In this document: in pieces, positions 22,720 through 36,887 of the stretch | How positions within the stretch are numbered: the first letter of the stretch is position 1 | Layout of the letters: each line of letters starts with the position of its first letter | Assembly (NCBI RefSeq): GCF_006345805.1 | Contig: NC_043007.1 | Span: 11,904,001 to 11,968,000, forward strand | Length of the DNA: 64,000 nt | Origin: Octopus sinensis | Lineage: Eukaryota | Direction: 5' to 3' | Notes under the pieces: generated by a model | Seen by the model: the letters and a program-made list of their open reading frames with translations, nothing else | Database searches by the model: none | What the model was told of the DNA's origin: nothing | Position numbers and translations under genes: made by a program

Positions 22720-23009
22720 CTGTGTGAGAGGAATGACTCGTTAAACACACAGATACACATAAGCTGTTTCACACATTTCGTGTTCATCCTTCATATTTTT
22801 GAAGATGAACAGATTAGCAGCTTTACCTTTACTGGGGTGGTTTATTAGGCCAGTATTGGTTTCAAATTTTGGCACAAGGCCAGCAATTTCGAGGGAGGAT
22901 TCAGTCAATTACATTGATCCCAGTGTTCAACTGGGACTTATTTTCAAATCATAAGCTATTTCAACTTTATGCAATATCAGACTGAGCAATATCATTCTTC
23001 TTTCTTTAT

Positions 23010-23420
23010 GCCTTTAACCTTCCAACGCGGAGTATAGGCCACTTATAATTGAATTCCATGTCGCATAATTTTTCGCTTCTGTACTTATACTCTGCCATGA
23101 ATGTCCCCCTTTCTCTAGTTCCTTTTGTGTTGATCTACGCCACAAGTTCTTAGGCCTACCTCTCCTTCTATATCCATCCGGTTTCCACTATAAAGCACTT
23201 TTCGCTACATTTGGTGTCTTTTCTAATTTTGCTACCAATCCACTTCCACTTTTTCTTAAATATTTGATCCCTAATTGAAACTTGATTTGTTCTTTGCCAT
23301 AGCTCCATATTGCTTATGTGTTTGGGCCATCTAATTTTAAGTATACTACACAAGCATCTGTTGATGAATGATTGTATTTGCTTTTTTGACTTAACTGTTG
23401 TTCACCATGTCTCAGACCCA
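23010..23420 (-). mobile_element. Degraded RTE LINE fragment
   Basis: CSILKIRWPKHISNMELWQRTNQVSIRDQIFKKKWKWIG.., then RRRGRPKNLWRRST after frameshifts. Confidence 0.85.
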
Positions 23421-23519
23421 CTGAGCGCTACTATCATAAACATATAGCTAAATGCAAAATAAAACGTCAAAATTAGAGCAGTATCATGGCCAATACAAAT
23501 AGTGATGGAGATAAGCGAT

Positions 23520-23800
23520 TACCTGGAAATATTCCTCATCTGATTCCACAGAAGCAATATTTCCATCTCTTTGTGGACAGATGTGCATTACTTGGAGAGC
23601 CTGGAGACACCCTTTGCTGTTGTAACAGCCTTGATCTCATCCATTTTCTTCAAGATGGTGCAGATCATCGACGTGCTTCGGTCGTATTGACATCGACCTG
23701 CCAGAGCTTGATCAGATACTCCGCCCCTGCTGTGCACAACACCCTCTCTATTAACAGTTCCAGTCCTGTTAGCACAGCTATGATTATTTGATTTTGACAT
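23520..23800 (-). mobile_element. Tigger/pogo transposase N-terminal (CENP-B-type HTH) remnant
   Basis: QYDRSTSMICTILKKMDEIKAVTTAKGVSRLSK*CTSVHKEMEILL. Confidence 0.8.
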
Positions 23801-24085
23801 CACTCATTTCGATGTAGCATTTGTAAGGTTGTGCAACCAGATTGGTCCAAACCATTCTTCTCTCATCAAGTGGAATTGGTTTATTAGGCACCATGAGACC
23901 AAACTGCAATCATCTAGTACCCAATCGTGTCATGAGCTGATTAAGGGATTGAAATTGTCAAGCAATTAGATGACTAATTATATGACTGCAATCTGAGACT
24001 AAATCACATTAATTTAGTACCTATTTCTGATAGCTATTTACTTGGACAAGAGCAATATCAGACTATGATAAAGAATGAAATACCT

Positions 24086-24315
24086 ATTTCTTTACTACCC
24101 ACAAGGGATTAAACACAGAGAGGACAAACAAGGACAGACAAACAGATTAAGTGGATTACATCGACCCCGGTGCGTAACTGGTACTTAATTTATTGACCCC
24201 GAAAGGATGAAAGGCAAAGTTGACCTCAGCGGAATTTGAACTCACAACGTAATGACAGACGAAATACGGCTGCACATTTCGCCCTGCGTGCTAACGTTTC
24301 TGCCAGCTCGCTGCC
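24086..24315 (-). mobile_element. SINE family D with 12-bp TSD
   Basis: AATGAAATACCT at 24074-24085 and 24316-24327. Confidence 0.9.
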
Positions 24316-24640
24316 AATGAAATACCTTCGATGGATTTCAACCTCTGAATTACAAACTATTGAAGAAAACCCCACCACACTAACAGCAGAATTAACCCTT
24401 AAGTTATACCTTACTGTCTAAAGTATTCAACATTTAACCTGGCCATATCCTGCTATAATATTCCACCTGTTTTATGTTCAAGCTGGCCAGATCTGGCCTC
24501 TTACACCTGCCCTACAATGTCATCCTGTAAATTAGCAGTCATATCGTATCAGAATCTCAAAGCTACAATGTGAATAAATAAGCTTTACATTTGACAAAAT
24601 AATCTCTCTCTCTCTCTCTATGTATGTATATACGTATATG

Positions 24641-24714
<74 letters not shown>

Positions 24715-24744
24715 TACATATATATGTATGTGTGTGTGTGTGTG

Positions 24745-25052
24745 TGGAGGCGCAGTGGCCCAGTGGTTAGGGCAGTGGACACAGTCATATGATCGCAGTT
24801 ATGATTCCCAGACCAGGCGTTGTGATTGTTTATTGAGCAAAAACATCTAAAGGCTCCACGAGGCTCCAGCAGGGGCGGGGGCGATCCCTGCTGTACTCTT
24901 TCACCACAACTTTCTCTCACTCTTTCTTCTGTTGGCCTGCTCACTTAGCCAGCGGGGTGGCGTCATTTGAAGGCTAAAACAATGCAAAGCGCATTGTGAC
25001 CAGCAATGTGTAGCAACATCTGATAGCCTGGTCAGTCACAGTGATCATGGTG
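24745..25052 (+). mobile_element. SINE head B with tail 5
   Basis: Head as at 10003; distinct tail gccagcggggtggcgtcatttgaaggctaaaacaatgcaaagcgcattgtgacc. Confidence 0.85.
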
Positions 25053-25249
25053 ATATATATATATATATATACACACACATATATATATATATACAAGTAT
25101 ACATAAGCTTTACATTTGACAAAATAATCTGAATACTAAAGGGTTAAAATAAGATGAATGAACTTAATATTGTAGTCTTAGTTTTGTATATATAACAGGG
25201 AGGATGGTCCTTGATGGAAGCATCATTGATCATGGGCTTGCATGCTCAC

Positions 25250-25405
25250 GGCATCATCACCATCATCATCATCATCATCATTATTGTTATTATTGTCTTC
25301 ATTATCATCATTGTTGTCACCATCATGGCTATCAACAGTAGCATCATCATCACCATCATCATCATCATCATCATCACCATCATCATCACCATCATCATCA
25401 TCATT

Positions 25406-25437
<32 letters not shown>

Positions 25438-25441
25438 CACC

Positions 25442-25472
<31 letters not shown>

Positions 25473-25501
25473 CCATCATCATCACCATCATCATCATCAT
25501 T

Positions 25502-25533
<32 letters not shown>

Positions 25534-25635
25534 CACCTTCATCATCATCATCATCATCATAATCATCGTTATTATTGTCTTCATTATCATCATTGTTGTC
25601 CCCATCATGGCCATCAACAGTAGCATCATCATCAC

Positions 25636-25668
<33 letters not shown>

Positions 25669-25757
25669 TATCATCATCACCATCATCATCATCATCACCA
25701 TCATCACCATCATCATCATCACCATCACCATCATCATCATCACCATCACCACCATCG

Positions 25758-25790
<33 letters not shown>

Positions 25791-25835
25791 CCATCATCAT
25801 CATCATTATCATCATCATCATCATCATCATCATCT
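25250..25835. repeat. ~590-bp compound (ATC/ACC)n array
   Basis: Direct inspection; the block attattgtcttcattatcatcattgttgtc..atggc(t/c)atcaacagtagc occurs twice. Confidence 0.97.
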
Positions 25836-26908
25836 CATGAGCTGTGACTCCCCTACGTTATATACCCACATAGCGCCAATCTCCCTTCGTATAATCAGTC
25901 ATAAGTCTGCATCACCCTTCATCACATCTCAACAACTTGTGTTTCTGATTTCTGAATTGATAATAATCTTAAACGTGAAGAAGCTACTGCGACACACCAG
26001 GTTAAACTCATGCTGTGATGTCATGTATCGCTGCCGTTGTACTTCCATTGAATGTCTCAACTGTTTTATGTAATTAACAACACACTCTTGCCAACCCCGT
26101 CCTCCACCACCATCGCCACCGCTACCATCGTCGCCACCGCTACCATTTATATGGTGTAAACATAACAAATATTTCATCTAATTATCTCTTTGTATAGTCA
26201 TCAGATACCATCATTAGGAATTCTGTTCTCTACATGTCGTCAAGATGGAAGGAAAAGCAATTTGGGAATTTGAATAGAAATATATATATGTATATATAAA
26301 TATATATATACACACACACATATATATACACACACATATATATATACACACACACATATATATACACACACACATATATATATATATATACACACACACA
26401 TTTATAAATACACAAACGCACACATATACAAACATATATGTAGATATAATTATATACACACATATATATATGTACATATATGTATGTACATATTCTCTCT
26501 GTGTAATATTGATGTTGATTCTATACATTGTATGATTGTATATAATTCATTTGAGAGTGTGTGTGTGTGTGCGTGTGTTTGTGTATACATATGTATTCAC
26601 AGAAACATGTGTTCCTATATTTTTTTTTGCATATGTAATTACATATATTCACACAGAACAAGTATATATACTATAATTTTATATGTAACTGTCCCTATGT
26701 GTATCTCTCTCTCTTTCTCTCTCTCTATTTATCTCTCTCTCTCTCTCTCTCTCTCTCTTAGTATATTTATTTAACCATACATTTACATATATTATATATT
26801 AATATATATATGTATATCTTTACATACATGTATATATTCATATGCATATGTATACATATGCATATATATACTTATATATATATGTGTGTGTATATGTATA
26901 TATATATA

Positions 26909-26997
<89 letters not shown>

Positions 26998-27355
26998 CAT
27001 ACAGACAATTAGGTGTAAAATCATATATAATCACTTCTGTGAGTAAGTGTTCACACACACACACACACACACACACGTAGATAGTAATGCATATATAAAT
27101 TAAATTCACTTTCCTTAACATTTAAGAAATGAATGTCATACAAGAAATATTTTTAACATATTTACTCAATCAACTTTTTCATTATGTTAGTTTAAGTCGT
27201 TTTGCTTTTTAAAATCATTTCTTGCACATTCGTTTCACTGAGGAAAATAATTCATAATATATCAGAGGTATTTCTCCCTAGATAAATTATTATCATTATC
27301 ATTATCATTGCTGTTATTATCATCATCATCATCATCATCATCTTCGTCATCATTA

Positions 27356-27612
27356 TTGAGTGAGATAGCAGTGCATACCATCAAAGTGACATTGGAGTAT
27401 AGTATCATCATCATCATTATTATTATTATTATTATTGAGGGACATAGCAGTGCATACCATCAAAGTGACATTGGGGTATAGTATCATCATCATCATTATT
27501 ATCATTATCATTATTATCATTACCATTATTATTATTATTATTATTATTATATTATTATATTATTGAGGGACATAGCAGTGCATACCATCAAAGTGACATT
27601 GGGGTATAGTAT
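27356..27612 (-). repeat. Three copies of a 50-nt LINE 3'-terminus, each with its own microsatellite tail
   Basis: Copies at 27356-27405, 27435-27484 and 27563-27612 match the 3' end of the element at 47785-48180. Confidence 0.85.
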
Positions 27613-27984
27613 TATTATTATTATTATTATAGGGTATGTGCCTATGAAATGTTGTCAAACACTCATACTTTCCTTTTGATTGAGAAGTGTGGTTGGTGTC
27701 ATATATCAGCCTTTGTATTCCATACAGAATTTGGGGAAGGTAAGAACATTGATCTTGTCAGTGAGACCTAGTGATTGACAAAGATCAATTGAATAGTCAT
27801 TTGTCAAAAGAATTTCAACTTTCCAGAAATTTCTGACCTGGTTGTGCCACCCAAAAACATAAGAAGGTGCCATCAGATTGGCCAGTCTAATATGCAAACA
27901 GGAGGCTAAAACTATTCTACATGTGCTCATTCAATATCTGAGCATTACTAATTTGTAGTATTACAACAAACAGCTGTTGGTCGT

Positions 27985-28285
27985 CGTCTTCTTCTTCTTC
28001 TTCTCCTCCTCCTCCTCCTCCTCCTTCTTCTCTTTCTCCTTCTCCTCCTCCTTCTTCTTCTCCTCCTCTTCCTCATCCTTCTTCTCTTTCTTCTTCTCCT
28101 TCTCCTTCTTCTCCTTCTCCTTCCCTCCTCCTTCTTCTTCTCCTCCTCCTCATCCTTCTCTTTCTTCTCCTTCTTCTCCTTCTTCTTCCCTCTCCTCCTC
28201 CTCCTCCTCCTTCTCTTTCTTCTTCTCCTCCTCCTCCTTCTCCTCCTCCTCCTCATCCTCCTCCTCCTCCTCCTCCTTCTTCTTC
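27985..28285. repeat. Polypyrimidine (CTT/CTC)n tract
   Basis: Direct inspection. Confidence 0.95.
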
Positions 28286-28549
28286 CAAGTTGAGTGTGGC
28301 AACTTGAAGATCCATCCACTACTCGTGATAGACTGGCAGTTGCACGGGCGCGAAAGCTACGTTGTTATCCTCATTCTGTAAACAGCAGCTTTTAACGGGG
28401 TGGAGAGCTGAACCATCCTGGGGGTACAGAGGATTCGCAATCTAGACTCTTGTGAGATTAAGCACTTTTGTGTTGATCTCTTATATATATTCTATTCAAA
28501 CACACACACACACACACACATATATATACATACTCAAACATGTATGCAT

Positions 28550-29100
28550 ATCATCATCTGGAAAAGACTTTCTAGCTAGAAAGGGTATGGCCTGGTCAGC
28601 CTGTAATGACATGCATAAGATCTGGTCATCAAATCTAAGGAGAGACTTCAAACTTGAAATCTTCAAAGCCACAGTCAAACCAGTTCTACTATATGGCTCA
28701 GAAACCTGGACGTTATCAAAGAAGCTTGAGAGGCGGTTGGATGGAACCTACACTCGCCTCCTTATGAGAGCTCAAAATCTCTCATGGAAGCGCCATCCAA
28801 CCAAAATGCAAATATATGGGAAACTACCACCTGTGTCATCTCTTGTGAAAGGTAAGAGAGTCCAGTTTGCTGGACATTGTTGTAGAGCTGAAAAAGAGGT
28901 AATTTCTACTCTTCTCCTCTGGAAGCCATCTACTCGCAATACCAGAGGGCGCACACTCTCCTACCCTGATGTAATCTCCAGGGATACAGGCATCCAGCAA
29001 CAGGACCTCCGTAATGCCATGATGGACCGTGAAGTCTGGCGTAGCATAGTAAATTCCATTGTCTCGACCACGGTCGAACAATGATGATGATGATGATGAT
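28550..29100 (+). mobile_element. 5'-truncated RTE-like LINE (second family)
   Basis: Open frame SSGKDFLARKGMAWSAC..VLLYGSETWTL..QFAGHCCRAE..STTVEQ*, immediately followed by (GAT)n. Confidence 0.92.
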
Positions 29101-29404
29101 GCATGCATGCACGTATGTTTGTGCATATATATGTATCAAGCAACACTTGTTTTGGTATTGTTGGCACCACAGGATTGGGTGGTGCTGCCCGGGTGTCAAG
29201 ACCATGGTGGTATCCATGGGGCAGCTGATGATGGGGGTGTGATTGTTGGTGTGGCTGTTTTTGTATATGTGGAGTGGTGTTGTGGCACATCCATCTGATA
29301 TATATATATAGTTTAGTATAAACATAATTAAAGGATAAAATCATTAAAATTAATGAATTTTATCAGTGGCCAACATCTAAAAAAAACTTTTTGATAAAAT
29401 ATGT

Positions 29405-30401
29405 ATATATGTGTGTTTGCGTGTCTGTGTTTGTCCCCCCAACATCGCTTGACAACCAATGCTGGTGTGTTTACGTCCCTGTAACTTAGCAGTTCGGCAA
29501 AAGAGACCGATAGAATAAGTACTAGGCTTACATAGAATAAGTCTTGGGGTCGATTTGTTCAACTAAAGGCGGTGCCCCAGCATGGCCACAGTCAAATGAC
29601 TGAAACAAGTAAAAGAGTATAGAGATATATTGTTGTATAGGGTACAATTATACTCAAGGGCTCAAAAGCAATCATGCCTACATGCTGAAAATAGATGCCA
29701 AATATGTCCAACCACTGCAGATGATCACTCAACATATATACACAGGTTGAAAGCGGGAAAGCAGACTGAGCAGGAAATTCATAACATAATTCAGACATTG
29801 TATTGATTAATCTCTGGATTAGTTTGATAACTTTTCCTTCATCAGCAAAACATACCGAGTGAAGTAAATGAAAATATTTATACAGGCGCAGGAGTGGCTG
29901 TGTGGTAAGTAGCTTGTTTACCAACCACATGCTCCCGGGTTCAGTCCCACTGTGTGGCACCTTGGGCAAGTGTCTTCTACTATAGCCTCGGGCCAACCAA
30001 AGCCTTGTGAGTGGATTTGGTAGACGGAAACTGAAAGAAGCCTGTCGTATATATGTATATATGTGTGTATGTATGTGTTTGTGTGTCTGTGTTTGTCCCC
30101 CTAGCATTGCATGACAACTGATGCTGGTGTGTTTATGTCCCCGTTACTTAGCTCCAGCATGGCCGCAGTCAAATGACTAAAACAAGTAAAAAAGTAAAAA
30201 AAAAAAGTATATCCACAGAAAAGTGCACACAAAATGCGAAGGAGTGGCTGTGTGGTAAGTAGCTTGCTTACCAGCCACATGGTTCTGGGTTCAGTCCCAC
30301 TGAGTGGCACCTTGCGCAAGTGTCTTCTTCTGTAGCCTTGGGCCGACCAAAGCCTTGTGAGTGGATTTAGTAGACGGAAACTGAAAGAAGCCCATTGTAT
30401 A

Positions 30402-30471
<70 letters not shown>

Positions 30472-30700
30472 CGTGTGTTTATGTGTTTGTGTTTGTACCC
30501 CCAACATCACTTGACAACTGATGCTGGTGTGTTTACGTCCCCGTAACTTAGCGGTTCGGCAAAAGAGACTAATAGAATAAGTACTAGGCTTACAAAGGAT
30601 AAGTCCTAGGGTCGATTTGCTCGACTAAAGGCGGTGCTCCAGCATGGCCACAGTCACATGACTGAAACAAGTAAAAGAGAAAAAGAGTAAAAGAGTAAAA
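29405..30700 (+). mobile_element. Cluster of three same-strand family A SINEs (29405-29618, 29884-30205, 30236-30700)
   Basis: Repeated A/B-box heads and CAGTCA..TGACT(G/A)AAACAAGTAAAA tails. Confidence 0.88.
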
Positions 30701-30883
30701 TGTGAGTACATACAAATATTCACAAATATACACACATCAAATTTTCAGTTCACCTCAACACATGTGTATTTGGTCAGAATAGTAAAGAAGTAAATAATAT
30801 ATTATATATATATACATCAACATTATAATTTTAAGATACACTTTTCCATGCTTGCATGAAATATGTGTCTATGTCTGTATATA

Positions 30884-30919
<36 letters not shown>

Positions 30920-31117
30920 TGTACATATGTTTGTATGTATTCATGTATATATTTATGTTCATGTACGTATGCATTTATGTATGTATTTATGTGTGTATAT
31001 ATTCATATGTGTGTGTTTGTGTATGTATATGTTTGATGTGCAAATTTATACATGCATATATATGTATGAATATGTGAGTACCTATATATATATATATGCA
31101 TGCCTGCATTTATATGT

Positions 31118-31148
<31 letters not shown>

Positions 31149-31267
31149 AGTGTGTGTACATACGTATATGTACATCAAATGCCTTATTTCTATGATTGAG
31201 ATGTAATTCAAAGTTCAAATACTCTAACCTCATGTTGTTTTTCTGTGACAAGTCAATAAGTCAATAC

Positions 31268-31301
31268 CAGAATTGCCAACCCCATCTCCAGGCTATTGAC
31301 A
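31268..31301 (-). CDS. Candidate exon (VNSLEMGLAIL)
   Basis: ctttaatttctggtcag| ... CTG|gtattg; 34 nt; phase 2-0. Confidence 0.3.
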
Positions 31302-31629
31302 CTGACCAGAAATTAAAGGTTCATCTTATATGTGAAATATATGGAATGCGATATTACAAGAATATCATATTAGCCTCACTCTGTTCCTGGCACACATAAT
31401 TTCATTTTATACCACAAATATGTGATATCTTACAATAGTAGTAATACTATGGCATTGATTTGGAAAATGCCTTGTTTTCTTGTTTTTTTTTACTTGGAAC
31501 TGGCTTGATTGATACTTAGTGACAATGACTGGAAGAAATGGTTTTAGAATGTAGCTGGTTCTCTATAGAAAGCAGACTGGCCATAGTTCCATATATAAGC
31601 CAATAACTGGATGTCTCTGGGATATGGTG

Positions 31630-32460
31630 ATGAGGGTGTTAGTTAATCTGATCAACAGAACAGCCAGCTTGTGAATTTAACTTGCAAGTGGTTGAGTACC
31701 CCACAGACACATACAGTAGTTCTCTAGGAGATTCAGTGTGACACAGAATGTGACATAGAATGTGACAAGGCTTGCCCTTTTAGATATAGGTATTACTCAT
31801 TTTTGCCAGCTGAGTGGACTGGAGCAATGTATAATAAAGTTTCATGCTCAAGGATACAACACATTGCTGGAAATTGAACTCATGACCATCCGACCGTAAG
31901 CCAAATACACTAACCACTAAGCTATATGTCTTCCAAATAATGTGTGTATACTCTGTTATTCTTTTACTTGTTTCAGTCATTTGACAGCGGACATGCTGGA
32001 GCACTGCCTTTAAAGGTTTTTTTTTAGTCAAAGAAATTGACACCAGGATTTATTCTTTGCAGACCTAGTACTTATTCTATCAGTCTCTTTTGTGGAACTG
32101 CTAAGTTATGGGGATGTAAACACACCAAGATCGGTTGTCAGTTGACAGTGGGGGAACAAGCACAGACACACATAAACATATGTTTCTTTACTACCCACAA
32201 GGGGCTAAACATAGAGGGGACAAAAACAAGGACAAACAAACGAATTAAGTCGATTACATCGACCCCAGTGCGTAACTGGTACTTAATTTATTGACTCCGA
32301 AAGGATGAAAGGCAAAGTCTACCTCGGCGGAATTTGAACTCAGAACGTAAAGACAGACGAAATACAGCCACGCATTTCGCCCGGCGTGCTAACGATTCTG
32401 CCAGCTCGCCACCTGTGTGGATTTGGTAGACAGAAACTGAAAGAAGCTTGTCGTATATAT
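31630..32460 (-). mobile_element. Nested minus-strand SINEs (head C/tail 4; family A interrupted by family D at 32185-32415)
   Basis: Matches to the respective families elsewhere in the window. Confidence 0.75.
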
Positions 32461-32719
32461 ATGTGTGTGTCTGTTTGTCAACAGTTATTTTTTTTTTTTT
32501 AATAACTAAAAAAAATAACTTATCAGCATTTCCTTCATCATATATGCAGCAAACACAATCGGCTAAAATGTCTTATTGATGCATTTTGTTTCTCTTCTTT
32601 TCACTTGATGAGAAGATTGCATTGCTTTACATTATCTTATTCCATCTGGAATAATACCAGTTTTCTTCGAAACATATGTTGGAAGTATAAAGATTTGAAT
32701 AACACCTGTGTTTAACTCC

Positions 32720-32766
<47 letters not shown>

Positions 32767-33283
32767 TATATTTATGTACCAGATACACATACACACAGAT
32801 GCATATATACACATATAATATATATATTATGTATGTAGATGTATATATGTATGTATAATTATGTGTTTATATATATATATTATATATATACATATATATA
32901 TAATATATATATGTATATATATTATATATATGTATGTACGTATGTATATATATGTATGTATATATATGTATATATATATATATGTATGTATGTATGTATA
33001 CATAGGCCCTTATGCCTAAGTACAAAACTCTCACCCCTTGAGTCACCTTGTAACTTCCGCCAAATAAATAAAAAATATAAACAAACTTTTGTGTCCTATT
33101 TTCCTATGACTAAACCCACACACACACTCACACACACACACACACATATACATTTATATATATCATGCCACACAGTTTATATTTACATATGATTACGTGT
33201 GTGTGTTTGAGCATGTGCATGTGTGTGTATACATATGTATATATATATGTGTGTGTGTGTGTGTGTATATATGTATATTCATA

Positions 33284-33335
<52 letters not shown>

Positions 33336-33556
33336 ATGCTTGAGCATATGTATGTGTGCACATCTAGTTCCTTGTTCCCGAGAGAATGCCATGTTTTGGT
33401 TAGAATCTCAATGTTGCTAAATCTATCTGCTTAAATTCATTAGTCATTTAATATCATATCTCAACATTTCCAATATTCTTCCAAAAAAGTAGGGGAAGAA
33501 AAATCAATAAATCAATTTAGAGAAAATATCCATTTGTCTTTTGCTGAGACAAAAAT

Positions 33557-33592
<36 letters not shown>

Positions 33593-34877
33593 AGTAAAAA
33601 TTACCACAGGCTATTTGTCAACTTATTTTTCCATTAAGGTGACAAGAATCTAGCATGGCATCTAGATGAGATTGGTGAGTTGGTTGAGAGAATAAAACAC
33701 CAAATTCCAACCTATTTTGCTCTTGGCTTTTAAACAAGGTCCTCGTCAATACTTACCGTCATACTCTCTTTACTTACGTGTTTCAGTCATTTGCCTGCAG
33801 CCATGCTTGAGCACCGCCTTTAGTCGGTGTTTTGTTACAAAGTCTCTTATCCGTCAAATGTAAATAATGTAAATAAAGTCTCTTATATTCCACTGTTGTT
33901 GCTTAGCTCTAGGTCACTCTGATAGAGTAGCCCTATTACCAGAAGTTATAGATGAGACTAGTGAATTGGCTGATAGGATAAAATGCCAAATTGTCACCTA
34001 TTTTGATGTTGGTTTCTTAAACAGGACCCTGATCTATAGACAAATACAGATATATCAAATATCATATAAAATAGATTCTTGATTTCTTAAAATTGTCTAT
34101 GCCCCAAGAGGATTTATTACAATAAGGAAATGGCAAGTAAGACCAGCTCTACCTGAGAAGGGGAGATAATCTCAAAATTCAGAGATCCTCCAAAGATGAC
34201 ACCGCTTACAAAAAGGACAGGTTTATTGCCAGCACTACATAAGAAGCACCCATGCCAGTGCCACGTGAAAACCCCATCCCAGTGCCACATAAAAAGTGTC
34301 CAGTACATTCTGTAAAGTGGTTGATATTAGGAAGGACATCAAGCTGTAGATATCATGCCAAAATAGACAATTGGAACCTGGCTCCTCTCCAATCAACCAA
34401 CCTATGCCAGCATGGAAAACTCAGAAAAATGAGACCCCAAGATATAAAAGATTCACGAATAACAAGCATAGACGCCCATCATCAGCTGTCTAACGGATAT
34501 CACTATGGTTTTGACAGCTGGGTTGTGCCATTCAATCAGACAGTAACAATAATGCTAAAATCTTGAATGCCGCTTTGGAATTAATAGGCCTGAGGCAGTT
34601 TCCTTTCACCAAATTCACTCACAAGTCATAGACATTGCTGTCAGAATGTGAAGAGCCATGTCAGAGATTGCAAAGCATTTTGTCTGATCTTCTAACAGTT
34701 TTGCCAGTAAACCACTTTTGAATGGTACATTTTTATCGACCCCAAAAGGATGAAAGGCAAAGTTGACTTTAGCAGGATTTGAAATCAGGGTGTAGAAAGC
34801 TGGAACAAATACCACAAGGTATTCTATCCAACCCTCTAAAGTCTATACCAGTTCACCACCATTAATACTTAAGATGG

Positions 34878-35140
34878 TGGAGGCGCATGGCTTAGTGGTT
34901 AGGGTGTTGAACTCATGATTGTAAGGTTGTGGTTTCAATTCCTGGACCGGGCGATACGTTGTGTTCTTGAGCAAAGCACTTCATTTTCACGTTGCTCCAA
35001 TCCACTCAGCTGGCAAAAAGGAGTAACGCCGCGAAGGACCAGTGTCCTGTTCAGGTGAGGAATTTTTATGCCACTGAAACCAGGAAACCAGCCCTTATGA
35101 GCCTGGCATGGCTCGAGAAGGAACATTTATTTTTATTTTT
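34878..35140 (+). mobile_element. SINE head C with tail 2
   Basis: tggaggcgcatggcttagtggttaggg..agcccttatgagcctggcatggctcgagaaggaacatttatt. Confidence 0.9.
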
Positions 35141-35457
35141 AATACCTAAGATACGTGCTATCGCATGAATTCACTATAAATTGCTTTGAACAAATCCTGG
35201 CCACAGAATAGCAATTCATATGATAATCCAACCTGAGGTTCACTTTACAACCATATGGTTTCAGATTCAGTGCCACTGCATGACACCTTGGGCAAGTATC
35301 TCCCCCTATAGCCCCCAGGTAGACCAAGGTTTTGTGTTTTGTGAATAAATTTGGTCAATGAAAAAATATATATACCCCCACTTAAATGTGGATGTTCTGT
35401 ACTGCAGTAGATGCCATGAGAGAAACTCTCATGCATGTATGTATATATATATATATA

Positions 35458-35509
<52 letters not shown>

Positions 35510-35602
35510 ATCTTTGTGTTTGATAACTGGTACTGGTTTGTTTATGTCCCTGTAACTTTCCAACTGCAAATAGAAAATCAAAGTTATTTGGGAAAAGTGA
35601 CC

Positions 35603-36012
35603 AGGTGCAGGAGTGGCTACGTGGTAAGTAGCTTGCTTACCAACTACATGGTTCCGGGTTCATTCCCACTGCGTGGCACCTTGGGCAAGTGTCTTCTACT
35701 ATAGGTTCAGGCCGATCAAAGCCTTGTGAGTAGATTTGGTAGACAGAAACTGAAAGAAGCCCGTCGTATATATGTATGTATATATATATGTGTGTATGTG
35801 TATATGTTTGTGTGTCTGTGTTTGTCCCCCCAACATCACTTGACAACCAATGGAGGTGTGTTTACGTCACTGTAACTTACCAGTTCGGCAAAAGAGACCG
35901 ACAGAATAAGTACTAGGCTTACAAAGAATAAGTCCTAGGGTCGATTTGCTCGACTAAAGGCAGTGCTCCAGCATGGCCGCAGTCAAATGACTGAAACAAG
36001 TAAAAGAGTAAA
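35603..36012 (+). mobile_element. SINE family A
   Basis: Full-length copy. Confidence 0.92.
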
Positions 36013-36411
36013 ATAGTAATAGAATAAATGAATACCAGACTTACAAATAAAGTACTGAGATCACTATGCTCAACTAAAACCCTTCAAAGTGGTGCTCCAG
36101 CATGGCTGCTGTCTAACGACTGACACAAGTATGAGATAAAAGATATTCATTTATGTCTATATTAATTCATTTATGGTTATTGCCTTTAAGTAATAATATA
36201 TTGGAGTTTAATGTTTAATGTGTTAAAGAATGAAGCTCTTAACTTCAGTGGATATATTTTTATAGTGCCTAAGCACTAATTAAATATTCTGAACTGTGTG
36301 TGCGTGGGTACATGTGTGTGTATGTGTGTGTGTGTGTGTGTGTGTACATAGAATATATATATAAATATACTTATATACATGTGATATACATAATATATAT
36401 GATACATATAT

Positions 36412-36750
36412 CATCATCATCATCATCGTCGTTTAGCGTCCGCTTTCCATGCTAGCATGGGTTGGACGGTTCAACTAGGGTCTGGGAAGCCAGAAGGCTG
36501 CACCAGGCCCAGTTTGATCTGGCAATGTTTCTACGGCTGGATGCCCTTCCTAACGCCAACCACTCCGTGAGTGTAGTGGGTGCTTTTTACGTGCCACCGG
36601 CACAGGTGCCAGACGAGTCTGGCAAATGGCCACGATCGGATGGTGCTTTTTATGTGCCACCAGCACGGGGGCAAGGCAAGGCTGGCAACGGCCACGAACG
36701 GATGGTGCTTTTTATGTGCCACCGGCACGGGGGCCAGGCGAGGCTGGCAA
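36412..36750 (-). mobile_element. RTE 3'UTR-type element (family E)
   Basis: (ATC)n followed by gtttagcgtccgctttccatgctagcatggg.. Confidence 0.85.
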
Positions 36751-36834
36751 CATGTGTATATGTGTGTGTATATATATATTGTATATATCTATACAATAAC
36801 AGGGAAAATGAAGAATGGAGAATTAATTTAGTAT

Positions 36835-36865
<31 letters not shown>

Positions 36866-36887
36866 CATACATATATATGTGTGTGTG

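Noticed and set aside
24043-24063. 21-nt minus-strand microexon SDIALVQ and a neighbouring candidate at about 24326-24380
   Set aside because: Removing the intervening SINE leaves a 21-nt intron between them, and neither is needed for the phase chain.
25211-25847. Long ORFs (poly-I/M/S), and similar ones at 27948-28381, 43094-43789, 54939-55385 and the many (YI)n/(CV)n ORFs
   Set aside because: They are translations of microsatellites with no splice or composition support.
29195-29245. CAGCTGATGA in a repeat shared with 34440-34560(-)
   Set aside because: No stem II-GAAA follows.
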